Positions 50,019-59,100 of a DNA stretch of 64,000 nucleotides are shown here, in pieces. The first letter of the stretch is position 1, and every line of letters begins with the position of its first letter. The translations under genes and the position numbers were made by a program. The notes beneath the pieces were generated by a model. That model had not been told where the DNA came from. It saw only the letters and a program-made list of their open reading frames with translations, and made no database searches. The stretch comes from Alphaproteobacteria bacterium (lineage in GTDB: Bacteria > Pseudomonadota > Alphaproteobacteria > RF32 > CAG-239), in contig JAFUEX010000014.1 of the NCBI GenBank assembly GCA_017470165.1, forward strand, positions 1,076-65,075, read 5' to 3'.

Positions 50019-51224
50019 TTAGCCTATTTCCGGTGTGGGCAATGCATCGGTATGTCTTTTTTTGAACAGATGATTTTGCAAACGGAACACCAGTGCTCCC
50101 CACAGGGCGGACAAACACGAGCCGCACAAAATTCCTAAACGTACTTCACCTTGCATGGCCTCGGGCAATGACAGTTTGCCGACAAACAGCGCCATAGTGA
50201 ACCCGATACCGGCAACTGAGGCTACTCCGTAAAGGTCCAGTCGGCTTACTTCATCGGGGAACTTGGCGAGCTTGAGTTTTATCATTATCCAAGTTGTGGT
50301 GAAAATACCGAGCTGCTTGCCTAAAAATAACCCGAAAATAATGCCCAAAGTCAGGGTGTGAGCAAAGGTCTCCACCGTAACATTGCCCAAATATAATCCG
50401 GCAGAAGCAAAAGCAAACACCGGCAGAATAATCAAATCGACCCAAGGACGGAGCTTGTGACTTAAACGCTCCAGCGGCGAATATTTTTTGATGTTGACCC
50501 GCATCGGATAGGCCATGGCCACAACCACACCGGCCATTGTGGTATGGATGCCGCCGTTTAGAAAACAATACCACAGCACCGCGCCGAAAATCATATACAG
50601 CGCAAAATTGGTAATCTGCATCCGATTGAGCAAGTACAAAGCCATACACGACAAACCGGCATAGCCCAGCAAATCAAGCGAGACGCCGCGATTGTAAAAC
50701 AAGGCGATAATCAATATGGCGCCTAAGTCATCAAAAATGGCTATTGCCAACAAAAATATTTTGGCCGCCTTGGGGATGGCACCGCCGACCAACATTAAAA
50801 TACATACGGCAAAGGCGATATCAGTGGCCGTAGGAATTGCCCAGCCGTTGATATAGTCCGGAGAATGCGCATTAAAAATCAGATAAATAATCGCCGGACA
50901 AATAATACCTCCTGTGGCAGCAATCGCCGGAACGGCTATTTGTTTAATATCCGACAAAAAGCCCTCTCGCATCTCGCGCTTGAGCTCCAAACCAATCTGC
51001 AAAAAGAAAAACACCATCAAGACATCGTTGACCCACCACTCCAACGAACGGGAAAAACTGATATCGTGCACCCCTACAAACAACTGCGTATGCCAAAAAT
51101 CGGCCACTGCAGTGCCAAAGTTGCTGTTGGCACACAAAATTGATGCCACCATCGCGGCAATCATCAAAATACCACTGGTCATTTCGTTGTAAATGACCTT
51201 TTCCAACCACTCTCTTATTTGCAT
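50019..51224 (-). CDS. nhaA: Na+/H+ antiporter NhaA
   Basis: WVNDVLMVFFFLQIGLELKRE, GWAIPTATDIAFA, LAIFDD-type motif (AIFDDLG), GIGFTMALF. Confidence 0.96.
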   Translation of the reverse strand: MQIREWLEKVIYNEMTSGILMIAAMVASILCANSNFGTAVADFWHTQLFVGVHDISFSRSLEWWVNDVLMVFFFLQIGLELKREMREGFLSDIKQIAVPAIAATGGIICPAIIYLIFNAHSPDYINGWAIPTATDIAFAVCILMLVGGAIPKAAKIFLLAIAIFDDLGAILIIALFYNRGVSLDLLGYAGLSCMALYLLNRMQITNFALYMIFGAVLWYCFLNGGIHTTMAGVVVAMAYPMRVNIKKYSPLERLSHKLRPWVDLIILPVFAFASAGLYLGNVTVETFAHTLTLGIIFGLFLGKQLGIFTTTWIMIKLKLAKFPDEVSRLDLYGVASVAGIGFTMALFVGKLSLPEAMQGEVRLGILCGSCLSALWGALVFRLQNHLFKKRHTDALPTPEIG

Positions 51225-51346
51225 TTTGCACAACTCACATCAAAAAAGACTAATCTGCCTAGATTATATAATATAGAATACTTAATATTTTATAAAAACC
51301 GAATAAAAAATCAAACTCTGAAAAGGGCATTTGCAAGGACGGATTG

Positions 51347-51399
51347 AAAAAAGGCCCGAAAAATCTTAGTGCAGATAAACCTACGGGAATTTTTCGGGC
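51347..51399 (-). terminator. Terminator of the ECF operon (large loop)
   Basis: GCCCGAAAAAT-loop-ATTTTTCGGGC followed by CTTTTTT on the minus strand. Confidence 0.55.
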
Positions 51400-51437
51400 G
51401 GATTAGTTCGTTTTGACAACGAAACTATGTTACAGGC

Positions 51438-51785
51438 TTAGTCAACATAGATAATGTCGTCTCCGGTATCGCTGACACATTTGCGCGTCACTGTGCCCTT
51501 CTTGCGTGAGACAACCGTGTAGCATTTGTTTTCCGGTTCGGCAATGTAAACTTTGGGTGCGGATTCAACAACCGTGGTGCGCGGGCGGTTGGCCGAGACT
51601 ATGGCATCTGCCAAGGCAAAACCAGCGGCGGCTCCCAGAACCCCCACAGCTACATCGCCGGCATAACGCATCGGGCGATAGTGAAAGTGATGATGATAAT
51701 GGTGAGCGCCTCCATGTCCGCCGCGGGCATAAGCCGGAGAGGCCAACATCAAGCTCATCAAAACCAATACACAAATTTTTTTCAT
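51438..51785 (-). CDS. Small exported His/Gly-rich protein with glycine-zipper-like segment
   Basis: Signal peptide MKKICVLVLMSLMLASPAYA; GGHGGAHHYHHH; AVGVLGAAAGFALA. Confidence 0.75.
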   Translation of the reverse strand: MKKICVLVLMSLMLASPAYARGGHGGAHHYHHHFHYRPMRYAGDVAVGVLGAAAGFALADAIVSANRPRTTVVESAPKVYIAEPENKCYTVVSRKKGTVTRKCVSDTGDDIIYVD

Positions 51786-51821
51786 AGCAATAGTTCCTTT
51801 TATCAAGTTTCAGTTCCGTAA

Positions 51822-52262
51822 TTATTCGTTGTCAGGACGCGGCATTTGGTGGTTGCCTCTCATCATTTTGCCATCTTTGCGCTGATGGTTGTGACGCATT
51901 TTACCCTTGTGGTCTTTTTTGATTTTTTCCAATTCTGCCTTTTGCTCATCGGTCAAAATCGCCTCAAATTCCGCCATATTTTCTTTGCGCAGCTTGTCCA
52001 TTTTCTCGTGCAGCTCCCTGCCCTCATCCATCAGGGGTTTCATTTTGGCGCGACCTTCTTCGTGAATTTTTTTGGCTTTTTCGCGCTGCTCATCGGTCAA
52101 TTTGAGCTTGTCGGCCAAATCATCGTGCATTTTTTGCATTTTCATTTCGTGTTTCGGCGGCTCGGGGCGGTCCATATCCGCTTTGCCCTCGTCGGCTGAA
52201 ACATTAAAAGCACTCAACGCCAAAACAGCGGCGCAAATTGAAGTAAGTAAATATTTTTTCAT
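51822..52262 (-). CDS. Spy/CpxP-family periplasmic chaperone-like protein
   Basis: Signal peptide; two LTxEQ motifs (LKLTDEQREK, ILTDEQKAEL). Confidence 0.85.
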   Translation of the reverse strand: MKKYLLTSICAAVLALSAFNVSADEGKADMDRPEPPKHEMKMQKMHDDLADKLKLTDEQREKAKKIHEEGRAKMKPLMDEGRELHEKMDKLRKENMAEFEAILTDEQKAELEKIKKDHKGKMRHNHQRKDGKMMRGNHQMPRPDNE

Positions 52263-52759
52263 TTGTCTTCTCCTTTCAAAAAATAAAGTTTTTCGGCCAA
52301 AATATTACGAGCATTATGCAGTCTTGACTTAACTGTTCCCTCGGGCTCGCCGAGCTTGGCGGCTATCTGCTTGATTGACAGCTCCTCAAACTCAAACCAG
52401 ATGATGGTCTTGCGCATTTTGGCGGGCAATTCATCGATGGCCTGCAGAATAATTTTTTGACGTGTTTTGGCGTCAATAATTTTATCACCGGCCGCTCCCA
52501 CCGCTTTATTTTGCAAAACATCATCACCGGAAACCTCCGCCGTCTGCTGACGATAGGCAGATGATTTGAAATAGTCCAAGCAAACACTTTTGGCAATTTG
52601 AGCCAGCCACGACTTCATTTTTCCCTGCTCGTTATAATTTTTAAGATTCTTCCAAGTCTTAATATAAACCTCTTGTTCCAAATCTTCATTATATGAACCG
52701 GTTATTTTTTTGATAATCGACCGGATAAGTCCGCGGTTCTGCCTGATGATTTCTTGCAT
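52259..52759 (-). CDS. ECF RNA polymerase sigma factor
   Basis: EDLEQEVYIKTW, KSWLAQIAKSVCLD, IDELP, SIKQIAAKLGEPEGTVKSRLHNAR. Confidence 0.93.
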   Translation of the reverse strand: MQEIIRQNRGLIRSIIKKITGSYNEDLEQEVYIKTWKNLKNYNEQGKMKSWLAQIAKSVCLDYFKSSAYRQQTAEVSGDDVLQNKAVGAAGDKIIDAKTRQKIILQAIDELPAKMRKTIIWFEFEELSIKQIAAKLGEPEGTVKSRLHNARNILAEKLYFLKGEDK

Positions 52760-52760
52760 A

Positions 52761-53009
52761 TCAACAAACTTTCAACAAGCCGTAATCATCAACCGGCAGC
52801 CCCAGCTCCTCTATGGCACTGGAGGTTTGCAGCTCGCCGGTGCCCAAGTCCCAATAAGAGGTGTAGTTTCCTTGTTCTTGGGGTATGAAGGCGAAAACGA
52901 GCAGCATAAGCGCAGCTAATGCCGAACCGGCCTTGAGCGCATTCTTGCGACGTTTGCGCTTAAAATAAAGCGGTTTGGCTTCTCTTATCAAATTCGAAAT
53001 ATCGTCCAT
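52761..53009 (-). CDS. Small single-TM protein, candidate anti-sigma factor
   Basis: AAAGGAGG RBS; basic stretch KRKRRK then a TM; first gene of the ECF operon. Confidence 0.65.
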   Translation of the reverse strand: MDDISNLIREAKPLYFKRKRRKNALKAGSALAALMLLVFAFIPQEQGNYTSYWDLGTGELQTSSAIEELGLPVDDYGLLKVC

Positions 53010-53032
53010 ATTTCCTCCTTTCATACCACTTA

Positions 53033-53059
53033 AAACGATGGTAGAGAAAAAAAGGTTCA
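53033..53059 (-). promoter_or_regulatory. ECF-type (AAC...CGT) autoregulatory promoter
   Basis: TGAACC-16 bp-CGTTT directly upstream of the operon encoding the ECF sigma. Confidence 0.75.
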
Positions 53060-53085
53060 TTTTCAAGCGAAAAAAAATAAATTTA

Positions 53086-54234
53086 TTAATTAATTTTTAG
53101 CAGCTTCTTAACTATATGAACTACCAATAAACCGGTGGCTCCGCCTCCGAGAACGGCAATCAAATATACATAAATCAACATATCATACAGCATATCGATT
53201 TTGGCAAAATTAACTGAATACCATATATAAAACAGTCTCAATAATCCGCAGCCGACGACTAAAACTACCGCGCAAATCAAATAAAACAACTTATCTTCGC
53301 GGATGGTTAAAGCCAAATTTGAAAGTTTGGTTTTGTGCTCTTGGGGCTTGAGCACATAAAGCGTCAGTGCGCACATCCACAATTGCATTCCCAAAATGCT
53401 GCAAATTATGCAGGCAATTTGAGTGTGGTAGTTCAAAACCGAGATACGGCCTATCCTTAAAGGAGCCATAAACACCGATATGGCAAAAAGCAACGAAAAG
53501 ACGATTAAGAGGGACAGTCCACTTAGTTCAAACAGCTTAGGACACTCCGAGAGTATGAACATCAGATGCCGCATTCCATCCCTCCAAGTTGACAAATGCG
53601 GGGGTTTATCGCGTTTATCGACCCGAAGCCCTGCCGGAATTTCAACAATTTCGGCTTTGTGCTTTAGGGCTTTAATCAGTAATTCGCTGGCAAACTCCAT
53701 ACCGTCAGATGAGGTGTGCCAACTGTTGTAAGCTGTTTTTTTCATCAAGCGAAAACCGGAATTGCAATCGCTTAATTTTCCCCTAAACAGCAGGTTAATC
53801 AGCCAAGTTAAAACCGGAGTGCCGAGATGACGATGCAGCCACGGCATAGCACCATCTTCAATATTACCGGTCATACGTGAGGCTATAACCATATCGGCAT
53901 TTGTTTTTAAGGCTTTAGCATACATCTTTGGCAGAAACTCTAAGGGATAACTGCCATCAATATCGGCAAAAGCTATATAACGCCCATAAGAATGCTTAAA
54001 TCCGTTACGAAGAGCTGCACCGTAGCCACGTTGTTTGGTATGCACAATTCTCACCGGCAATTTCTCAGCTATTTGCAAGGACTTATCCGTGCTCCCGTTA
54101 TCAGAGATAATGATTTCGCATTTTGCATCAATTTTTTTGATAACTTTTTCCAATTCCTGCACACACGACTTTATGGTTCCTTCCTCATTAAAACAAGGGA
54201 ATACAAAAGAAATGTCAACATTGCTATCAGTCAT
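53086..54234 (-). CDS. GT2 glycosyltransferase (DPM1/GtrB-like) with C-terminal TMs
   Basis: PCFNEE, SDNGSTD, RGYGAAL, ADIDGSY, SDCNSGFR, GMEFASE, LSTWRDGMRHL. Confidence 0.92.
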   Translation of the reverse strand: MTDSNVDISFVFPCFNEEGTIKSCVQELEKVIKKIDAKCEIIISDNGSTDKSLQIAEKLPVRIVHTKQRGYGAALRNGFKHSYGRYIAFADIDGSYPLEFLPKMYAKALKTNADMVIASRMTGNIEDGAMPWLHRHLGTPVLTWLINLLFRGKLSDCNSGFRLMKKTAYNSWHTSSDGMEFASELLIKALKHKAEIVEIPAGLRVDKRDKPPHLSTWRDGMRHLMFILSECPKLFELSGLSLLIVFSLLFAISVFMAPLRIGRISVLNYHTQIACIICSILGMQLWMCALTLYVLKPQEHKTKLSNLALTIREDKLFYLICAVVLVVGCGLLRLFYIWYSVNFAKIDMLYDMLIYVYLIAVLGGGATGLLVVHIVKKLLKIN

Positions 54235-55198
54235 TATTCCTCTCTTCAGCGGCAAGTCGGTTTTTTATAAACAAATTTCTGATTCCGGCATCCACAAAAT
54301 CACATCCTTTGCAAAAGGCATAATGCCGTCGGCCCAAAATAATTTTTTGCCGAATATCTTGATAAATTACCCCCCCCCAAATATCGCGAATGTTTTGCTC
54401 GGCGACATTTCCTAAATTGGTTTTTTCTTGCGCATCCGAACAACATAATCCAACCTTGCCCGATGGATAAATGGTAAAATCCGTCCATGGCATAATGCAA
54501 ATTTGATTGTTGAATGATTTATGCGGTTTGTTGGGAGCTGAGCCTGCGCGGTTGGTAAGCACCTCTTTAATATATCTTATTTGGATTGTTATATCATTAT
54601 TCCAATACTCTTGATTGGCAATTATAAAATCATACAGCTCGCGGATTGATTTGTGCAAAGTTAAAGTTTCGGCATAATTATTAATAATTATCTTATCAAT
54701 ATAGGGAGCAATTTTCTTAAATCTATCAATGCTCAACAATGTTCCGTTGGTGTAAAGCAGCATCTTGGCATTCGGTAATTGTTGTTTGGCGTATTTATAC
54801 CAATCTTCAATGCGATTATCCATCAATGGTTCATTATTAACATAAAGGTTCAAATAACCGTCAAATCCCCATTCTTTTAACTCAGCAATAATTTTATAAA
54901 ACAGCTTCTCATCCATTTTGGCAAATGGTCGTTTATCCCGCCCCTTACCGGCCGGACAAAAACTGCAAGTGCTGTTACAACGATTAATAGTTTCAATCGA
55001 AATCAAACAGGGTAAACACACCTTATTTTTAAGCTGTTGTTCATCAAAAAATTTGATATATTTTTTGTATAAAGAACTACGTAGCAGATACTGCAAGTTA
55101 AGGTAAGCCCAACTTGTCAGCCAAGAAAAGTGCTTGCGCAAAAACCAGCCCCATCTGCCGCCATAGGTGACAATTTTAATTTTGGCTGTCGAGCTCAT
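54227..55198 (-). CDS. Radical SAM protein with SPASM/Twitch domain
   Basis: CNSTCSFC, NNEPLMD, YTNGTLL, CIMPW..G.V.LCC.D..CKGC; start could be 55198, 55207 or 55216. Confidence 0.9.
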   Translation of the reverse strand: MSSTAKIKIVTYGGRWGWFLRKHFSWLTSWAYLNLQYLLRSSLYKKYIKFFDEQQLKNKVCLPCLISIETINRCNSTCSFCPAGKGRDKRPFAKMDEKLFYKIIAELKEWGFDGYLNLYVNNEPLMDNRIEDWYKYAKQQLPNAKMLLYTNGTLLSIDRFKKIAPYIDKIIINNYAETLTLHKSIRELYDFIIANQEYWNNDITIQIRYIKEVLTNRAGSAPNKPHKSFNNQICIMPWTDFTIYPSGKVGLCCSDAQEKTNLGNVAEQNIRDIWGGVIYQDIRQKIILGRRHYAFCKGCDFVDAGIRNLFIKNRLAAEERNND

Positions 55199-56843
55199 CT
55201 GCTTCATCCGTTTCATCTTTTTTATGTTGGGCAAAATCTTCCCAATCATGGGGGATGCATATATAAATAGGCCACCCGAGGTTATTGAAATAAGTTGCAA
55301 CTTGACGACACTTTTTCCCTTTCAGCTCACTTTTGAGCCGATTGGAAATAAACCTTTTTTGCATATTGTTTAATGACAATCGGAAAATTATTACTTGATT
55401 ATCGTATTGCTTTTCCAACTCGTTGATAATATCTTTGAATTTACCATTTTGGGTGATATCTGTATTAGTATGCGGCAAAACATCAACAAACTGTGACAAG
55501 CCGACAGCTCGGAAGTCATTGCTGTATTTGGCAATCTCCGGCAGCAAGCCGGCCAACGGCATATTGTACAACTTGATTAAGGTGTGGTCGGGCAATTTAA
55601 TCGGTTCGGCTTTGATTACGGCATCTTTACCTTGCAGATTATTAAAATTCTCTTCTATCAAGGGTACAGACAACAAAACTATTGATAAAACATACACCAC
55701 CGCCCATAAAAGTACCCGAAATTTTTTCTTCTTAAACCACCATTGCAATGACTGTATCAACAAAACAGCCCCAAACATCTCAATTACCACAAAATAATGC
55801 TGAACGGCAAACAATTTGGCCCACAACAAATAATCAATCACCCAAAATAGATAAAAGAAAAATTGCAAAGGTTGAGTTTGATAATAATATTTTATCTTCT
55901 TGGTAATCAACAAATAAATCAGCCAAACAACTGCCAAAGTATAAAAAATTTGCAAGCGGAAATCCAATCCGTCGCCCTCGCCGTTGCATATATTGCTCGA
56001 CAATGCCAAGAACGGACAATAGACCAATTGCTTAAATGTGGGAGCAAAATTATCAAAATAAATTTCATCGCCTAAAAAATATTCTGATTTAAAAATACTG
56101 TTTAAGAACGGGAAAAACGGATTGCCGTACAAGCTATACATCTTATACATCCACCACCCGTTAATTATTAAATATCCGACCAAGCCGGACAAAGCAAATA
56201 TTGATATAAATTTAATCGGTTTTGTCAGCCACTTAAAACCTATTAACAAGCTCAATCCTGAGGCGACACAGATGGTAATGTTGGTTGATTTTAAGCCCAA
56301 AGAAGCTCCCAATATCAGGCCTGCATACATAAAATTGATTGCCTTTTGGCTCGGCTTGTTGCTAACCTCTCTAAACAATAAATACAACCCGCATAAATTG
56401 ATAAAGGCCAAAATAATTTCATTATTGCTGGAGGATATATTGAACCACGTCATTCTGCCGGTTATGGCAACAATCAATGTCAATATTACGGGCAAATGCC
56501 CGCCTGATGACGAGGTGTTGAAAAGTAGCTGCAATATTTTGTAAAAAACAAATAATAATAAGCCAAACCATAGGCCGTTGACCGCATAAAACCAATTGAT
56601 ATGCTCATTTAGCCAGACTATTGTAAAATAACGCGGCAAATCCAACAGCGGATTTAGAAAAGTCAGATAACTGGCCGGTGCAATATCATAGCCGACACGC
56701 CCGTTCAGCCATGCCCAAGGGTTATAATAATGATAATTGGCGATGTCAAAAAAGTTTTCGTTTTTGAGTATGACGCTGACAGCAACAGAAAACAGCATCA
56801 ATATAGCAAATACTAGTCGATTATAAGTCAGTAACTTTGGCAT
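55176..56843 (-). CDS. Polytopic membrane protein, probable GT-C fold glycosyltransferase
   Basis: About 12 TMs; D..NYHYYNP in the first loop; LGLKSTN; YGNPFFPFLN..F. Confidence 0.7.
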   Translation of the reverse strand: MPKLLTYNRLVFAILMLFSVAVSVILKNENFFDIANYHYYNPWAWLNGRVGYDIAPASYLTFLNPLLDLPRYFTIVWLNEHINWFYAVNGLWFGLLLFVFYKILQLLFNTSSSGGHLPVILTLIVAITGRMTWFNISSSNNEIILAFINLCGLYLLFREVSNKPSQKAINFMYAGLILGASLGLKSTNITICVASGLSLLIGFKWLTKPIKFISIFALSGLVGYLIINGWWMYKMYSLYGNPFFPFLNSIFKSEYFLGDEIYFDNFAPTFKQLVYCPFLALSSNICNGEGDGLDFRLQIFYTLAVVWLIYLLITKKIKYYYQTQPLQFFFYLFWVIDYLLWAKLFAVQHYFVVIEMFGAVLLIQSLQWWFKKKKFRVLLWAVVYVLSIVLLSVPLIEENFNNLQGKDAVIKAEPIKLPDHTLIKLYNMPLAGLLPEIAKYSNDFRAVGLSQFVDVLPHTNTDITQNGKFKDIINELEKQYDNQVIIFRLSLNNMQKRFISNRLKSELKGKKCRQVATYFNNLGWPIYICIPHDWEDFAQHKKDETDEADELDSQN

Positions 56844-57044
56844 CTTCTATCTCCGTGGATGATGTAAAATCATATCATTGACATATTGTGTTGTAAATTA
56901 AAATATGCCTTATCAACAATGAGCGAAACGAAAAAGCTGACGGCAATTGACCGTAATTTAAGGAAATTTGGTTGTAAAAAAATTTATAAAAACCTCTTGC
57001 ATTTAAAAAATATTTGATGTATAGGTTGGACACAATTAAGAGAT

Positions 57045-57118
57045 TGCGCTATCGTCTAATGGTAGGACAGCGGACTCTGACTCCGTTAATCGTGGTTCGA
57101 ATCCATGTAGCGCAGCCA
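57045..57118 (+). tRNA. tRNA-Gln(CTG)
   Basis: Acceptor stem TGCGCTA/TAGCGCA, anticodon arm GCGGA-CTCTGAC-TCCGT, GGTTCGAATCC, encoded CCA. Confidence 0.97.
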
Positions 57119-57660
57119 AAATTGATTAAAGCCCCCTGATAGGACAATCTCAAGGGGCTTTCTTATTGAAAACAAAGGATTTTTCTATTCATTCGTATGT
57201 TCGAAAAAATCAATTTTAAAATCTTGCGTTTTTCATCCAAATTCGAACTCTTATAAATTTCAGGAAGCCTAGACATCAACAATACTAAGTCTTTCAGGCT
57301 GATTAAGCTCTTATGAGCAAGACCGCCATAATTACTTAATTCTTTGTTGATTTTTTCTTTTTGTTTTAATAATTCTTCTAATTTTTTATTATATAAATTC
57401 ATAGTAATACTCTTCTCGCCTTCCTCCCCGTTACCGATAACCAAATCGACAAGCTTCATCTCCATATTTTCAATCTTTGACAATCTGCTTAACAAACTTG
57501 TTCTTTGTTTTATGTCAAGCTCATGATCTTTTTTTCAATTCTTTCTCTATTCCCTTAAGCGCTTTTTCATACCACTTAGGCTCGATTTTAGCTATCCTAC
57601 GCAAGACATTCTCAACTTCCGCGTCAACTACTTTACAAGCCTTTTGGTTGTTTTTACCTT
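57086..57660 (-). pseudogene. C-terminal remnant of a large serine recombinase (integrase), two frameshifts
   Basis: Coiled coil then ..YKSSNLDEKRKILKLIFSN..; after a frameshift continues IRKPLEIVLSGGFNQFWLRYMDSNHD*, antisense into tRNA-Gln; catalytic domain absent. Confidence 0.7.
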
Positions 57661-57782
57661 AAAATTGATAATTTCAGACCGAAATAAACTTTTGGGATTT
57701 GTTTTCATTTAATTTTTACCATCTCTGCGTCACATTTATGGTTGAGAGCTGATTTGGTGATATCAGCTCCCAATAATATTCA

Positions 57783-58787
57783 CTACTCACCCATACCTTT
57801 TCCGTTGTTAGCATTAGCTCTGCGAGAGGTGACTTGAGCTTTATATTCCGGTGTTAAGTTGGCATATACGAGCTTCTTAATGTCAGATAATTCGGTTGTA
57901 CAATCTTGACCTTGCGGAGATCCTAAAAATGTAGGAGACCCGCCCCAACCAGCTTCTTTTGCCGCTAATTCATTCTTAACTGTTCCTAAATCTGCATATC
58001 CGGCCTCATGCTGGCAAATACTTACCTTGCGATAAGTTGTTCCATCGGGATTACGCATTGCAGGATTGGTAGCTACAACTATAGGAGCAAAAGAATAGCC
58101 GACATTGGTTGCACACGGTAAAGTTGTTTCAACATAAGCTATACCGCCAACAACTTCAGTCTTAATATCACCCGATTTAACTTTATCAATGATACCTTGC
58201 TGAGACTTTCTATAGCTATCCATTATCGTCTCATCAACATTGCCGGTATCAATAAAAGTTTTTACATCTTCAATGTTCTTCGGCGTTACCATGAATACTT
58301 TAACAGATGCGGCTAGTGCTCCAGTTTTACTTTCAGGATCAAAGGCTTGTTCAATAGGTTTCGGGCCTTCCCATTTTGCACCTAAATGCGTATCATGAGC
58401 ATCAATTGCCGCAATGTTTTCATTGAAAGAAACCTTTTCTCCTTTTAGGTATCTGTCAGCTAATACATATGCTCCAATTGCATCAACATCTACACGATTG
58501 GTAACAAAGACCGTCTTTTCTAAATCCTGTCCTTTAAACCATCCTAAAAGTTCAGGAGCTTTCTCGGCAACTTCTCTAGCACAAGATTGGTCTGCCTTAC
58601 CTTCGGTATGCTGAGGATCAATATTTCGGTCACACAGCTCTGCCAATGGCGGGACTGTCATTTCCAATCCGATAATTGCATAACCTTGCTCTTTTAGCTC
58701 TTTTAACTTAGCTATTTCTTGTTCACGGACATTTTCTCCCGTCTTCGGATTTTTTATTGCCGGATTGATGTATAAAAATTCAGTCAT
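57783..58787 (-). CDS. Hypothetical protein, DHH-phosphoesterase-like, AT-rich island cargo
   Basis: AAGGAGAG RBS; NIDPQH, TNRVDVDAIGA, IDAHD, GWGGSPTFLGSP; low GC. Confidence 0.7.
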   Translation of the reverse strand: MTEFLYINPAIKNPKTGENVREQEIAKLKELKEQGYAIIGLEMTVPPLAELCDRNIDPQHTEGKADQSCAREVAEKAPELLGWFKGQDLEKTVFVTNRVDVDAIGAYVLADRYLKGEKVSFNENIAAIDAHDTHLGAKWEGPKPIEQAFDPESKTGALAASVKVFMVTPKNIEDVKTFIDTGNVDETIMDSYRKSQQGIIDKVKSGDIKTEVVGGIAYVETTLPCATNVGYSFAPIVVATNPAMRNPDGTTYRKVSICQHEAGYADLGTVKNELAAKEAGWGGSPTFLGSPQGQDCTTELSDIKKLVYANLTPEYKAQVTSRRANANNGKGMGE

Positions 58788-58826
58788 TTTGCTCTCCTTT
58801 ACAAAGTTTATGTTCATTTCGACTCC

Positions 58827-58856
58827 AGTATACCCCCCCCCTAGACAAAAAGTCAA
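58827..58856 (-). promoter_or_regulatory. Sigma70 promoter with G9 tract in the spacer
   Basis: TTGACT-TTTTGTCTA-GGGGGGGGG-TATACT (18-bp spacer). Confidence 0.75.
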
Positions 58857-58928
58857 CCATTTTCGTCGAAAAAATATGTAAAAAAAGCAAAATCTCTTTA
58901 GTCTAACCGAAAAGAAAATTGTTTTTCC

Positions 58929-59100
58929 TTATCTTCGCTTTTCTTTCCACAAACACAGCGGCATCATCAAAGCTATACCCCAGACAATTGCAGGTCCGGT
59001 CGGCAGGTCAAAATAATAAGATGCCAATAATCCGCCCGCCAAGCCGAAAGTTTCGCCCAAATATTCGATAATACGCCGCTTGCGTTCGTTTTGCATATAA
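58929..59100 (-). pseudogene. 3' fragment of ZnuB/MntB-like metal ABC permease
   Basis: GLAGGLLASYYFDLPTGPAIV is a typical last segment of ABC-3 permeases; the rest of the gene is missing. Confidence 0.65.

Noticed and set aside
51234-51350. nhaA-I/II (Li+/Na+) riboswitch upstream of nhaA
   Set aside because: Leader is AT-rich with no recognisable motif or GC-rich stems
54227-55198. Radical SAM/SPASM peptide maturase acting on Cys-rich proteins
   Set aside because: No adjacent precursor peptide or recognisable RRE domain; it is embedded between glycosyltransferase genes, which favours a sugar substrate
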